Shown: positions 30,511-40,362 of the stretch, in pieces | Layout of the letters: each line of letters starts with the position of its first letter | Numbering within the stretch: the stretch's first letter is position 1 | Source of the DNA: Bacteroidales bacterium | GTDB lineage: Bacteria > Bacteroidota > Bacteroidia > Bacteroidales > VadinHA17 | Reading direction: 5' to 3' | Assembly (NCBI GenBank): GCA_035529055.1 | Contig: DATKXL010000133.1 | Location: forward strand, 3,870-67,869 | DNA: 64,000 bases | Notes under the pieces: generated by a model | Databases searched by the model: none | The model's input: the letters and a program-made list of their open reading frames with translations, nothing else | What the model was told of the DNA's origin: nothing | Translations under genes and position numbers: made by a program

Positions 30511-33171
30511 TTAATAATAAGTGTCATGAAAATCTTTCCGGCGCTCGTATTTCAGGTCTGAAAGAATTGCGGCCTTTACCCTGATTGTAAAGTTCCACAT
30601 TTTCATTGAACCGTTCGGGACCCAGTTGAAGCTCATATCCCAGCAATGCAGGTCGCGCGATATTCCAATCTGTGTCATAGTGATCTCTTTCATTTTGAAA
30701 TCATAACCACTGGTATAGGTAATTGCCATCTTCTTTGTCAGCGACACATTTCCGTTAAAAGAGAGTGTTTGTCTTACAACCGGTTGGGTGATTGTCTTGG
30801 TATAGCTAAGGTTATAACTAACTGCTAATGACCATGGGACATTAAAAACCGGATATCCGTATTCATCGAGAAGTGCCCCTTCAGGATCCTGGCTTTGTAA
30901 TTCGTTGATTCCGGGCTCCGGGTTCGGCGCTGAAGAGAACTGCTGTCCGCTTCCCTGAGTACCAGTACTTGCTGTCTTATCTTTCTTTCCCTTGAGAAGT
31001 TCTCCGACATTAAAGTCGAGGCTTACCGAAAAACTATTCAGTCTCATCAGTTTCCTGTTCTGTGCATAAGCAAAAGTTGCTATTTGCCGGCCTTTACTAT
31101 CAACGCCATAAAGGGAAAAGTTGCTGTTTGCCGAGATATTAAAATTGTTAAAAAGAGTTGTTCTCATGGCCATTACTACAGGCGACCATTTCATCGAATC
31201 AGCAAAGATATTGTAGGAGGTCGTAATCCCCAGGTTATCAATAATCTTTACTTTCTTTGGTTTACCCGTTGTATCATTTCTGGCAAAAACTTTTGCTTCA
31301 ATGATGTTAACAAGACTGAAAGAAACCGTACCACTTCGTCTTGACAATGAAGGTGTTCCAAAGATACTCCCTTCAAAAACAGAATATTCGTTTATTCTTC
31401 CTGATGTATCAGTCTGAACCTGTCGGTACATGTCTGAGCTCATCTCCTTTAAAAATGGAATATAATTGAAGCTTACAGCTGGTTTCATGACATGACGGAC
31501 CGCCTGTACTCTTGAATCAGATTTGAAAGTAAAGGTTCCGTATATCTGAGGGTTAAAGCTTGCACTTATAGAAGGATTGACAGCCTGACCGTAGAAAAAT
31601 CCTCTGGCAGTATCAATGAGAACAGTGGGTTCAACTCTGTTCAACTCGGGACTAAAATGGCCCGGATCCCATATTTTTTCGATTTTCTGGGTGTATAAAA
31701 CCCCGGTATATGAAACCTGGGGTGAGATTGAGAAGTTTCTGAAGGGGCGCAATTGAAGGCTCAGGGGAGCCTCGTGTTTAAAACCGTTTCTCATATTCTG
31801 AAAGACATCCTTCTTAAACAAGAGACTGTCGTACGTATTAATCTGGTTATCAAGTGATGCCGTGTACTGAAACTGCAGTTCCTGATACCATTTTTTAGTT
31901 ACAGTTGATCCCCTGCCTTTCAGGGGATAAATCCTGCTGGCATTAAAACTGACTTTTGGAAGATTAAGGCTTATCGTTTTATTCCTGACATTCTGGCTGT
32001 GGTTCATACTGGCAGAGAGGTTGAATGGTGTACCCTCCCAGCTTTTTGAATAGCTGACACTCGATTGCCTTTGTGTGGTCACATGTTCAGAAACCACATA
32101 GCTGTTTGTGCGGTCGAATTCGCTTGAGCTCATATTGACACTTGCTGAAAACCTTGAGCCTGGTCGGGCTTTCGGGTTCTGAACATATGTCCATCCTAAT
32201 CTGTAATTTGTTGATTTATTGTAATCAGGTAATCCTTTATGACCCGAAATGTTATTTGCATAACTGAAAGAAAAATTACCGCTGTACTTATACATCTTAT
32301 TATAATTTGTAGCAGCAGTAAGCATCCAGGTACCATTAGTATATATGTTCCCTCTCAGTGAAAGATCGAAATAATCGTTAATTGCAAAATAATACCCGCC
32401 TTCTGTAAGACTATATCCTCTCTGCTGTTCCTGTCCCACCTTGGGTATCAGAATGCCTGAAGCGGCTCTTTTTGTCTGAATCGGGAAAAAACCGAATGGA
32501 AGCGCAATAGGTAATGGAATTCCTTCAAGTACAAGGTATCCGGGTCCGGAAATGATCTTTTTACCCGGATAGATCTTCGCTTTTGGCAGATTTATATAGA
32601 AATGAGGTTCTTCAGCATCGCAGGTCGAATAAGTACTTTTCGCGATATTGGAGGTGCCATCATCGAGAAGTTTGGTAACCTGGCTCCGTAGCAGTCCCTC
32701 TTCCTGCTTGGTAACTAATTTATAAGCAATAGCTTTCTTTGTTTTAAAATTGTAAGTAAGCTCTCTCACTTCAAACTCCTGTGACCCATCTTTAAAGACA
32801 GGGGTCCCTGTCACCTTCCCGGTAGAATCTTTAACCCCTGTAGCATATACGGTATTTGATTGCATATTAAATACTATTGAATCCGCCTTTATCTCAATAT
32901 CCCCATATATCACAACTGCCTGATCCCTGAGAATTGCCCGCTTATTAACCATATCATTTTTTTTATACCCGACCGCGGTATATGTAACCTGCTTGTCAAT
33001 AGCATTTTTGGAGTTGATGATCTGATTCCGTTCTATGGCATTAGTTCTGAGAGTATCCTGAATTAACAGAGTCGAATCGGCCGTGAACCGTTCCTCCTGA
33101 GAAAACAATGAAACAGACCGGACCATCACGAGGAACACTACAAGTAACCGCTTTTCTATAAAATAATACAA
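30511..33171 (-). CDS. Large outer-membrane protein, putative LPS-assembly protein LptD-like
   Basis: OstA-like N-terminus (VVIYGDIEIKADSIVFNMQSNTVYATG) followed by a long beta-rich region with alternating aromatic residues. Start is uncertain. The ORF track gives 33276. I prefer in-frame TTG 33171 (signal-like YYFIEKRLLVVFLVMVRSVSLFSQ), which lies downstream of a minus-strand TAgtTTTG box at 33229..33222. Confidence 0.6.
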   Translation of the reverse strand: MYYFIEKRLLVVFLVMVRSVSLFSQEERFTADSTLLIQDTLRTNAIERNQIINSKNAIDKQVTYTAVGYKKNDMVNKRAILRDQAVVIYGDIEIKADSIVFNMQSNTVYATGVKDSTGKVTGTPVFKDGSQEFEVRELTYNFKTKKAIAYKLVTKQEEGLLRSQVTKLLDDGTSNIAKSTYSTCDAEEPHFYINLPKAKIYPGKKIISGPGYLVLEGIPLPIALPFGFFPIQTKRAASGILIPKVGQEQQRGYSLTEGGYYFAINDYFDLSLRGNIYTNGTWMLTAATNYNKMYKYSGNFSFSYANNISGHKGLPDYNKSTNYRLGWTYVQNPKARPGSRFSASVNMSSSEFDRTNSYVVSEHVTTQRQSSVSYSKSWEGTPFNLSASMNHSQNVRNKTISLNLPKVSFNASRIYPLKGRGSTVTKKWYQELQFQYTASLDNQINTYDSLLFKKDVFQNMRNGFKHEAPLSLQLRPFRNFSISPQVSYTGVLYTQKIEKIWDPGHFSPELNRVEPTVLIDTARGFFYGQAVNPSISASFNPQIYGTFTFKSDSRVQAVRHVMKPAVSFNYIPFLKEMSSDMYRQVQTDTSGRINEYSVFEGSIFGTPSLSRRSGTVSFSLVNIIEAKVFARNDTTGKPKKVKIIDNLGITTSYNIFADSMKWSPVVMAMRTTLFNNFNISANSNFSLYGVDSKGRQIATFAYAQNRKLMRLNSFSVSLDFNVGELLKGKKDKTASTGTQGSGQQFSSAPNPEPGINELQSQDPEGALLDEYGYPVFNVPWSLAVSYNLSYTKTITQPVVRQTLSFNGNVSLTKKMAITYTSGYDFKMKEITMTQIGISRDLHCWDMSFNWVPNGSMKMWNFTIRVKAAILSDLKYERRKDFHDTYY

Positions 33172-33180
33172 CTTAAATAC

Positions 33181-33188
33181 TATTTTTG
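33181..33188 (+). promoter_or_regulatory. -7 box (TAttTTTG) for the amidase gene
   Basis: tatttttg, 24 nt upstream of ATG 33212. Confidence 0.4.
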
Positions 33189-33211
33189 TATAGTTTTTGT
33201 GTGACGTCGGG

Positions 33212-34408
33212 ATGTCACCGGCAAAACTAATTAAAAAACAGGAACCGGATATGGGTACAGGTATTAAAAACGGCAAACACTATGCCAATAATATATATAT
33301 ACTTAAATTGCTGTTTATTGTCCTGCTGATATTTAATATTACAGGCTTTAGCAGACTGGCTGCATCGGAGAAAAAGTGGGTAATAGTAATTGATCCCGGA
33401 CATGGAGGCAAGGATCCCGGAGCTTCGGGTTCTTTCAGTAAGGAAAAGAATATCACTCTTGCCATTGCCCTTAAAGCCGGTGAATATATTGAACAGAACA
33501 TGACAAATGCCACTGTTCTTTACACCAGGAAAACGGATGTGTTCCTTGATATAAAGAACAGAGCTGAATTTGCAAACAAGAACAAAGCTGACCTCTTCAT
33601 TTCGATACATGCCAATTGGGCTGAAGCCAAAAACATCAGGGGGACAGAAACATTTGTGATGGGTCTGGCCAAGGACCAGCAGAATCTTGAAGTGGCTATG
33701 AAAGAGAATGAGGTGATCCTTCTGGAAGATGACTATTCTACGAAATATGAAGGATTTGATCCTAAATCTCCCGAATCATATATAATATTCACTCTTATGC
33801 AGAATATCTTTCTGGAACAGAGCACCAGCCTTGCGTCGAAATTGCAAAGTCAGTATAAGGACCGGGTGAACAGGGTCGACAGGGGTGTAAAACAGGCAGG
33901 ATTCTGGGTTCTTTTTATGACGACCATGCCCAGTATTCTGACTGAAACGGGTTTTATTACAAATCCTGAAGAGGAAAAATATCTAAGTACAATGCAGGGA
34001 CAGGACTATATTGCATCGGCGATTTTCAGGGCATGTCGGGATTATATTAACGATATTGACAAAAAAAACGGGATTTCTTTAATAAGAGAACCTGCAATTG
34101 TTACCAGACCTGTTACATCCACAGGCGTAACCGGCCAGAAAGGAGAAATATCTTATATGATACAGATAGCTGCATCTGTTGCCAGAAAGGAGTTGATACC
34201 GGAAAACTTCAAAGGAATAAATGATGTAATTGAACTGAACACCCAGGATCGTTTTAAATATGCCACGGGAAACTTTATTGATTATTCCGAAGCTGTAAAT
34301 TTCCGGAAGAAGATAGAAATAATATATCCCGATGCATTTGTAATAGCTGTCAGAGATAACAAAATATTACCTTTACAGGAAGCATTGGAACTTAATAAGC
34401 AAAAATAA
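33212..34408 (+). CDS. N-acetylmuramoyl-L-alanine amidase (Amidase_3) with a C-terminal SPOR-like domain
   Basis: VIVIDPGHGGKDPGA...ADLFISIHAN...GTETF motifs. The C-terminal ~90 aa (YMIQIAASVARKEL...) is SPOR-like. First ATG after the TAttTTTG box (33181..33188) is 33212; ATG 33251 is an alternative. Confidence 0.8.
   Translation: MSPAKLIKKQEPDMGTGIKNGKHYANNIYILKLLFIVLLIFNITGFSRLAASEKKWVIVIDPGHGGKDPGASGSFSKEKNITLAIALKAGEYIEQNMTNATVLYTRKTDVFLDIKNRAEFANKNKADLFISIHANWAEAKNIRGTETFVMGLAKDQQNLEVAMKENEVILLEDDYSTKYEGFDPKSPESYIIFTLMQNIFLEQSTSLASKLQSQYKDRVNRVDRGVKQAGFWVLFMTTMPSILTETGFITNPEEEKYLSTMQGQDYIASAIFRACRDYINDIDKKNGISLIREPAIVTRPVTSTGVTGQKGEISYMIQIAASVARKELIPENFKGINDVIELNTQDRFKYATGNFIDYSEAVNFRKKIEIIYPDAFVIAVRDNKILPLQEALELNKQK
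33222..33229 (-). promoter_or_regulatory. -7 box (TAgtTTTG) for the lptD-like gene
   Basis: The reverse complement of caaaacta. It is divergent with the amidase promoter. Confidence 0.4.
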
Positions 34409-34420
34409 TAGCGCTGTCGA

Positions 34421-35374
34421 ATGAAAAAAATCTCAAATGAAGTTAAGGTTGGAGCAACAGCCCTGATAACAATAATAGTTTTTATATGGCTATATAATTT
34501 TCTGAAGGGAAAAGATTTTTTCAGCAGCACTGCAAAGTATTATGTTGTATATAACAAAATTGGCGGACTTGCTGAATCGAGTCCTGTTGAAGTAAACGGG
34601 TATAAGGTGGGTGTGGTACAATCAATTAGATTTCTTGATTCATCCACCGGAAGACTCCTTGTGGTGTTAACTGTAGATAAAGGTTTTGAATTGCCGGTGA
34701 ACACTGTTGCTGAAATCACTACGGCAAGTCTTATAGCCGGGATGAAAATACAATTTGTTTATGGTAATGGTCCGGGTACATACCTTGATGGCGATACCAT
34801 CCCGGGGCGTCTTTCTCAGTCAATTATTACAAAAGTAGAAACCGAACTGCTGCCATTGAAGGATAGATTAACAAAGCTTATCAATGTCCTCGATTCTGTT
34901 ATAACCTCAGTGAATGATATAATGGATCCGCAGTTTAAAAAGAATCTGAACCTGGGCATCGCAAGCCTCAGCAATACGGCAAAGAGCATTGATGAGGTTA
35001 TCGGATCGAAAGAAGCTGAACTTAAAGCAACCCTCGACAATATAAATAAATTTACCCGGATGCTTGCGGACAATTCAAATGCGATGAGCGGTACTCTCAG
35101 CAATCTTGAGGCAGTAACCGATACGCTTGTTTCTGCTGACATTTATCAATCAGTCAGAAACCTTAAAAGCAGCCTGGAGAATGCTTCGGTCTTAATAGAA
35201 AATTTGAATAATGGCAAGGGGACGGCAGGAAAACTGATGACAAATGACTCACTTTACACAAATCTGAGCAACAGTCTTGAGAGTCTTAATCAACTTTTAC
35301 AGGATATGAAGGCGAATCCAAAGAGATATGTACATTTTTCACTTTTTGGCAAAAAAAATATTCCATCTGATTAG
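34421..35374 (+). CDS. MlaD/MCE-family protein
   Basis: N-terminal TM anchor VKVGATALITIIVFIWLY followed by the MCE fold GLAESSPVEVNGYKVGVVQSI and a long helical C-terminus. Confidence 0.75.
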   Translation: MKKISNEVKVGATALITIIVFIWLYNFLKGKDFFSSTAKYYVVYNKIGGLAESSPVEVNGYKVGVVQSIRFLDSSTGRLLVVLTVDKGFELPVNTVAEITTASLIAGMKIQFVYGNGPGTYLDGDTIPGRLSQSIITKVETELLPLKDRLTKLINVLDSVITSVNDIMDPQFKKNLNLGIASLSNTAKSIDEVIGSKEAELKATLDNINKFTRMLADNSNAMSGTLSNLEAVTDTLVSADIYQSVRNLKSSLENASVLIENLNNGKGTAGKLMTNDSLYTNLSNSLESLNQLLQDMKANPKRYVHFSLFGKKNIPSD

Positions 35375-35620
35375 GATTTTTCTAAAATTTTGATTATCTT
35401 AATATTAATTTTCCAAACTGAATTGATGACAAAATAGTCCGCATTTTATTCAGGTTTTGTTGAATTTTGAGCAGGAATTTATAATATATTGTAATACACC
35501 GACAAACCATTCATTTTTAATACAAATGATTGACTTTCATGTCATTAAAATAAATGAAAATATTTTTTTTTATAAGTTACTGATGGTTAAAAACATATAG
35601 AATTTTTGAAAAAGTCAAGT

Positions 35621-35650
35621 AAAAAAAAATTTTTTTTTAATTTTTTTTTT
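35621..35650. repeat. Homopolymer palindrome A9T9-AA-T10 in the AT-rich spacer upstream of dnaA
   Basis: Read directly: A9 at 35621..35629, T9 at 35630..35638, AA, then T10 at 35641..35650. Confidence 0.9.
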
Positions 35651-35712
35651 ACAAATATTGCTAAGTAAATCAGCGCGACTTGAGAGCTTAATTTTAAAAA
35701 CACCTGGCCTAA

Positions 35713-37143
35713 ATGAATAAGACACATAATGATGTTTGGAATAATTGTCTGCAGATAATAAAAGATATTATTCCATCTGTCAGTTATAAAACATGGTTTG
35801 AGCCGATTATACCTCTGAAGCTTGAAAACGATGTTCTTACCATTCAGGTTCCGAGTCCGTTTTTTTATGAATATCTGGAAGAGCAATATATTGATATTCT
35901 GAGAAAGACTCTCAGGCGCGAGATAGGTACCGATGCAAAGCTTGAGTATAACGTTGTAATGGAGAATGCCAACTATTCTGACGGGAAGCCTTATACTGTA
36001 AGATATCCTTCAAGAAATAAGACCGATCTCAATAACAAACCGGTTCAGGTACCATTTGATGTCACTCAGCCCTCCATAAAGAATCCATTTGTTATTCCGG
36101 GCATCAAAAAAGTACATTTTGATCCGAGGCTGAATCCTGATTACAATTTCAATAATTACGTTGAGGGTGAATGTAACAGGCTGGCAAGGTCGGCAGGTAT
36201 TGCAGTTGGCAATAATCCGGGTGGTACTGCTTTCAATCCACTTATGATCTATGGCGACTCAGGGCTCGGTAAAACTCACCTGGCACAGGCAATCGGAATA
36301 CTTGTTAAGGAAAAGCATCCCGATAAGGTTGTCCTGTATGTGAATGCTAATAAGTTCCAGACCCAGTTTGTAGAATCTGTAAGAAATAATAACAAGAACG
36401 ATTTTCTTCACTTTTACCAGATGATTGATGTTCTTATCCTGGATGATGTTCATGAGTTTGCCGGCAAGGAAAAAACGCAGGACACATTCTTCCATATCTT
36501 CAACCATATTCACCAGTCAGGTAAACAGCTTATCCTTACGTGCGACCGCCCGCCTGTTGAACTCCAGGGGATGGAGCAGAGACTTCTGTCGAGATTCAAA
36601 TGGGGTCTTCAGGCCGATCTTCAGAGACCGGATTATGATACAAGACTGGCAATCCTGAAGAAGAAAGCCTATAACGACGGTATCGAATTGCCTGAGGAAA
36701 TATTCGAATTTCTTGCTGCCAATATATCAAACAATATCAGAGAACTTGAGGCGGTACTTATATCTCTTTACGCCCAGTCAACACTCAACAGGAAAGATAT
36801 AACCCTTGATCTTGCAAAACAGATAGTCGAGAAGCTTGTAAGTACTTCAAGGAGAGAAATCACCATCGAATATATCCAGAAAATCGTATGCGATTACTAT
36901 AAAATACCCATGGATCTTATTCAGGGGAAAACAAGAAAAAGAGAGATCGTTCAGGCCCGGCAGGTTTCAATGTACTTCTCAAAAAGTATGACAAAAGCAT
37001 CACTTGCCAGTATCGGATCTCATATCGGAGGCAAGGATCATGCTACAGTTCTGCATGCCTGTAAGACTGTGAATAATCTGATTGACACTGACAAACATTT
37101 CAGAAACCAGATAAACGAAATTGAGAAGAAACTGAAGGTCTAA
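35713..37143 (+). CDS. dnaA: Chromosomal replication initiator protein
   Basis: 476 aa with IYGDSGLGKTHL (Walker A), LILDDVHEF, SNIRELEA, and C-terminal DNA-binding KDHATVLHACK. Confidence 0.93.
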   Translation: MNKTHNDVWNNCLQIIKDIIPSVSYKTWFEPIIPLKLENDVLTIQVPSPFFYEYLEEQYIDILRKTLRREIGTDAKLEYNVVMENANYSDGKPYTVRYPSRNKTDLNNKPVQVPFDVTQPSIKNPFVIPGIKKVHFDPRLNPDYNFNNYVEGECNRLARSAGIAVGNNPGGTAFNPLMIYGDSGLGKTHLAQAIGILVKEKHPDKVVLYVNANKFQTQFVESVRNNNKNDFLHFYQMIDVLILDDVHEFAGKEKTQDTFFHIFNHIHQSGKQLILTCDRPPVELQGMEQRLLSRFKWGLQADLQRPDYDTRLAILKKKAYNDGIELPEEIFEFLAANISNNIRELEAVLISLYAQSTLNRKDITLDLAKQIVEKLVSTSRREITIEYIQKIVCDYYKIPMDLIQGKTRKREIVQARQVSMYFSKSMTKASLASIGSHIGGKDHATVLHACKTVNNLIDTDKHFRNQINEIEKKLKV

Positions 37144-37152
37144 TAATGGAGT

Positions 37153-39960
37153 TTATCGTTTGCTTCTGAAATTCTTACTGTCAATATCTTTAACACATCT
37201 GAATCCCACTGTTGCGCTTCTGTCAAATCCAGGTGAAACCATAAGCATTATTTGTGTCCTGTCAAGGGGCTGAGGTCCTCCTTTTATATACCACCAGCTT
37301 GAATCGGGTTTATAAAAGCTCCCTCCCCTGATAACCATGAAGTAATTCGTTCCGTTGAAGTACATATCATTTGTCATTTGCCAGACATTGCCTACAAGAT
37401 CCATCACGCCATAGGGGCTTTGTCCTTTCAGAAAGGCATCAACCGGTGTCGGCCTGTCAAAGGCATTATTGCAGAAGGTTCCATGGAAATCATTACCCCA
37501 CGGCCATTTACGCTTATCCGTGCCCTGCGCAGCAAGTTGCCATTCAGCCTGAGCGGGGAGTCTCTTTCCTGCCCATCGCGCATATGCCATCATATCCTCA
37601 TAACTTACATAAACAACAGGATACTTATCCTGCCCCAGTTTATAGGTCCCGGATTGCCAGTGATGAAGGTATTTGGCAGTATCAGCAGGCCTGTATCCCG
37701 AGCTGATCAGGAACTCGTAATAGTTTGCGTTGGTAACAGGATACTTGTCAATCAGAAAGCTGTCAACTTTTACTGAGATTCCACTTACTTCAGGATAAGG
37801 CATGAAATCCTCATCAGTGGTCACATTATAAGAGAAAAGGGTACCAGGCACCATAACCATTTCAAGAGGCATATCGGAAGCCTTTGTGGTCGGAGCAACT
37901 TTACTTACCAGCCAGGGTTTCCCTCCTTTCAGGTAAAGAATATTTTCATCTTTAAGTCTTTTATTTTCAATAAGCTGTATTACGATCTTTCCCTCGTAAT
38001 ATCCAAACAGATCTTTTACTCTTAAAACAGTATCATTGATTATCCGTAACTCCCTGGAGGGAGTCTGATATGAAGGATTTCCCTGCCAGATCCTGACTCT
38101 TCCCAATCCCGGCTTTTCAATGCTGATTGAATCGCCACTCAGCTTGGCATTAAGGATATCGGGCAATTCGGCTATACAGTCAACTGAACCCTCCTTCCGT
38201 GTCCCTGAGTATGATGCCGGCCAGCCTGAGGCTCTGGCAGATATATAAGCTGTTCCCCTTGCCGGAAGCGGTTCAATATTCTCATGATTCCACAGTGAAA
38301 CGAAGTGTTTACTTTTCTCAATATTAATCCTGAACAGTTTACCCTCAATACCTTCCGGTCTCATATTTAAAACTGTGTAGATCGTTTTATCACCCGCTTT
38401 CCATCTGTTCACAAAAACATTATCAGCTTCAGTATCGATCAACGGAGTCCAATCCTTATCCATGAACGCATCGTTATTTTGACGGAGGATGAAAGTGGTG
38501 TTTGCAAGATACTCAAGATCAGCTTTATAGTTTTCATCTCTGCCGCCCGGCCTGAACATATTCAGTTCCGTTCCATAACCATTAAAGAAGGCTATGGCAA
38601 TTTCCCTGTGAACTATATCCTCGCCCACATCACAAACCCTGAAAATAGAGAAATCGGGCTTGATTAATTTGTTAAGGTTAAGCTCGGGGCTGTAAAAAAT
38701 GGCATTATGGACCCGGCCGGAAATTATCCCGGGCATGTCTCTGGTAACAGCCATACCCTCGGAATACATTATAACTCCTTTTCGGACGCTGTCGGCAGCA
38801 GCCTGCAATTCATAGCTTGAGCTGCCCCTCGTATCCAGCACAACGCCATCTGCCTCGGTCTCGCTTATAAGCTGTGCCATTCCTCTGTAATGATCCTCTT
38901 TCCTTGTACTGTTATCCCATGGATTATAAGCGATGAAGAATTTTGTACCAGACTGGTGCGACATTCTGACAAAATTCCTAAGCTGTACAGTGCCCCCGGG
39001 AAGATCGCGATACATATCCCATTGATTGCGCTGATCAAGACCGAGTCTTGGCCAGGTCGGCCAGATCCCGAAAACATCAATATGTCCGAAAAGCTCCGTG
39101 CTTTTCTTTATAACTTCAGGGTAAGTATATTTTCCCGTGAAACGGTCATAAAAATCCTTGTCCCAGGCCATCTGCAGAATAATAAGATAGCTCTCTTTTA
39201 TCCAGGCAAGATCGGCCCTTTCATAAAGGGTATTATTAAAAGTTTCAAGATCATATAAGTATCTGTCCCTGAACATCAGGCGAAGACCGTTCTGCCATTC
39301 ACCTTTAAAGATATCGGCATAAATTGCATATTTGATTTTGGCTCCGGGCGGCAGGATAGTGGTATATCTTTGTTTTTGCCCCCCCTCAGTGGTTTGCCGG
39401 CGTGCAATTGCGCAGACTGAGTAACCATTATTTGCATTGAAAGAGGAATATCCCATCTCCCATGCATTATCAGGCATAATTACCCTTACAGGGCGATAAC
39501 CCGGACGAAACAGCCAGGCTCTGGCCAGGTCCCATGGTCCCTTCCCTGTGATATAAACCGATTCATTATCGGTACCAAAGGGCACAACATTACTTAAAGA
39601 TAACGTATCGTCTGATATATTTTCAAAAATGAACTCACCCGACCAATTATCCGACAGTAGATCAGCTTCTTTGAATGTTACCCTTAACCTGTTTTCATAA
39701 ACCAGAGAATACTGACCACCATCTTTGCTTGCATTAATATCACCCGAGGTATAGATTTTATCATTAAGAAGGAAACAAATTAAGGGTCTGTTCCGTATAA
39801 ATAATATAGTAGTACTGTCAGATAAGGTTATACCGCTGGTTCTTAATCCTGCGGTATCTGCAAAATTGATATTGTGAAGTTTTTGAGATTCGGCTGAATT
39901 TGATATTAAAATAAACAATATTGCCAGAACTGATCGTATAACCGGGCAGTTGGTTTTCAT
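37153..39960 (-). CDS. Secreted multidomain protein: N-terminal ~680 aa of unknown function (possibly TIM-barrel glycosidase-like) fused to a C-terminal FGE/sulfatase-modifying-factor-like domain
   Basis: Signal peptide MKTNCPVIRSVLAILFILISNSAES. The C-terminus YPVTNANYYEFL...YVSYEDMMAYARWAGKRLPAQAEWQLAAQG...RGGSF...GFRCVKD matches the FGE-sulfatase fold pattern. Confidence 0.65.
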   Translation of the reverse strand: MKTNCPVIRSVLAILFILISNSAESQKLHNINFADTAGLRTSGITLSDSTTILFIRNRPLICFLLNDKIYTSGDINASKDGGQYSLVYENRLRVTFKEADLLSDNWSGEFIFENISDDTLSLSNVVPFGTDNESVYITGKGPWDLARAWLFRPGYRPVRVIMPDNAWEMGYSSFNANNGYSVCAIARRQTTEGGQKQRYTTILPPGAKIKYAIYADIFKGEWQNGLRLMFRDRYLYDLETFNNTLYERADLAWIKESYLIILQMAWDKDFYDRFTGKYTYPEVIKKSTELFGHIDVFGIWPTWPRLGLDQRNQWDMYRDLPGGTVQLRNFVRMSHQSGTKFFIAYNPWDNSTRKEDHYRGMAQLISETEADGVVLDTRGSSSYELQAAADSVRKGVIMYSEGMAVTRDMPGIISGRVHNAIFYSPELNLNKLIKPDFSIFRVCDVGEDIVHREIAIAFFNGYGTELNMFRPGGRDENYKADLEYLANTTFILRQNNDAFMDKDWTPLIDTEADNVFVNRWKAGDKTIYTVLNMRPEGIEGKLFRINIEKSKHFVSLWNHENIEPLPARGTAYISARASGWPASYSGTRKEGSVDCIAELPDILNAKLSGDSISIEKPGLGRVRIWQGNPSYQTPSRELRIINDTVLRVKDLFGYYEGKIVIQLIENKRLKDENILYLKGGKPWLVSKVAPTTKASDMPLEMVMVPGTLFSYNVTTDEDFMPYPEVSGISVKVDSFLIDKYPVTNANYYEFLISSGYRPADTAKYLHHWQSGTYKLGQDKYPVVYVSYEDMMAYARWAGKRLPAQAEWQLAAQGTDKRKWPWGNDFHGTFCNNAFDRPTPVDAFLKGQSPYGVMDLVGNVWQMTNDMYFNGTNYFMVIRGGSFYKPDSSWWYIKGGPQPLDRTQIMLMVSPGFDRSATVGFRCVKDIDSKNFRSKR

Positions 39961-40140
39961 AGAGAAGAAATTTAACGTTATATGTCAATTTTAATGCAAT
40001 ATAGAACATGCAGCGCATTAAAAAAATTGTTTAAGGTCCTTTAGAAAAAAATGTTAGTTAACAGATATATAAATCTGAATTTTCCCGTTTCAATAATAAA
40101 AGATGTATTTTTAGGATTGATTCTAAAATTTATTAAGGAT

Positions 40141-40350
40141 ATGTCAAGGCTAAACAAGATACTAAAGTACTCATTTCTAATTTTTTTAGTAGTTTTGTTG
40201 TCTGCGGCCTGTGCACCTGTAAAAAAGAATCCCTGGCTTGATAAAAGAGTGAAAGCCTCCCATGTGAATGTCACTCAACTCGGAAGAAACAAATACTATT
40301 TCTCACAAGAATATCAGAAAAAGCTCGTTAAGAGCTACAAAAAGAAATAG
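40141..40350 (+). CDS. Small lysine-rich lipoprotein (69 aa)
   Basis: MSRLNKILKYSFLIFLVVLLSAAC carries a lipobox. The ORF-track start 40051 adds an implausible N-terminal extension. Confidence 0.45.
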   Translation: MSRLNKILKYSFLIFLVVLLSAACAPVKKNPWLDKRVKASHVNVTQLGRNKYYFSQEYQKKLVKSYKKK

Positions 40351-40362
40351 ACCAGGGATCTT

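Noticed and set aside
33227-33610. 127-aa and 77-aa minus-strand ORFs
   Set aside because: They are antisense to the amidase gene (GHGGKDPGA motif on the plus strand). They are shadow ORFs.
35587-35886. 99-aa minus-strand ORF spanning the AT-rich spacer and the dnaA start
   Set aside because: The translation is dominated by K/F/L/I derived from homopolymer A/T runs. It also overlaps the well-supported dnaA N-terminus.
39818-40274. Small ORFs (66 and 77 aa, minus strand) and the long form of the 99-aa plus ORF in the 39961..40140 spacer
   Set aside because: They are AT-rich low-complexity translations. Only the 69-aa lipoprotein form starting at 40141 has a credible signal peptide and lipobox.
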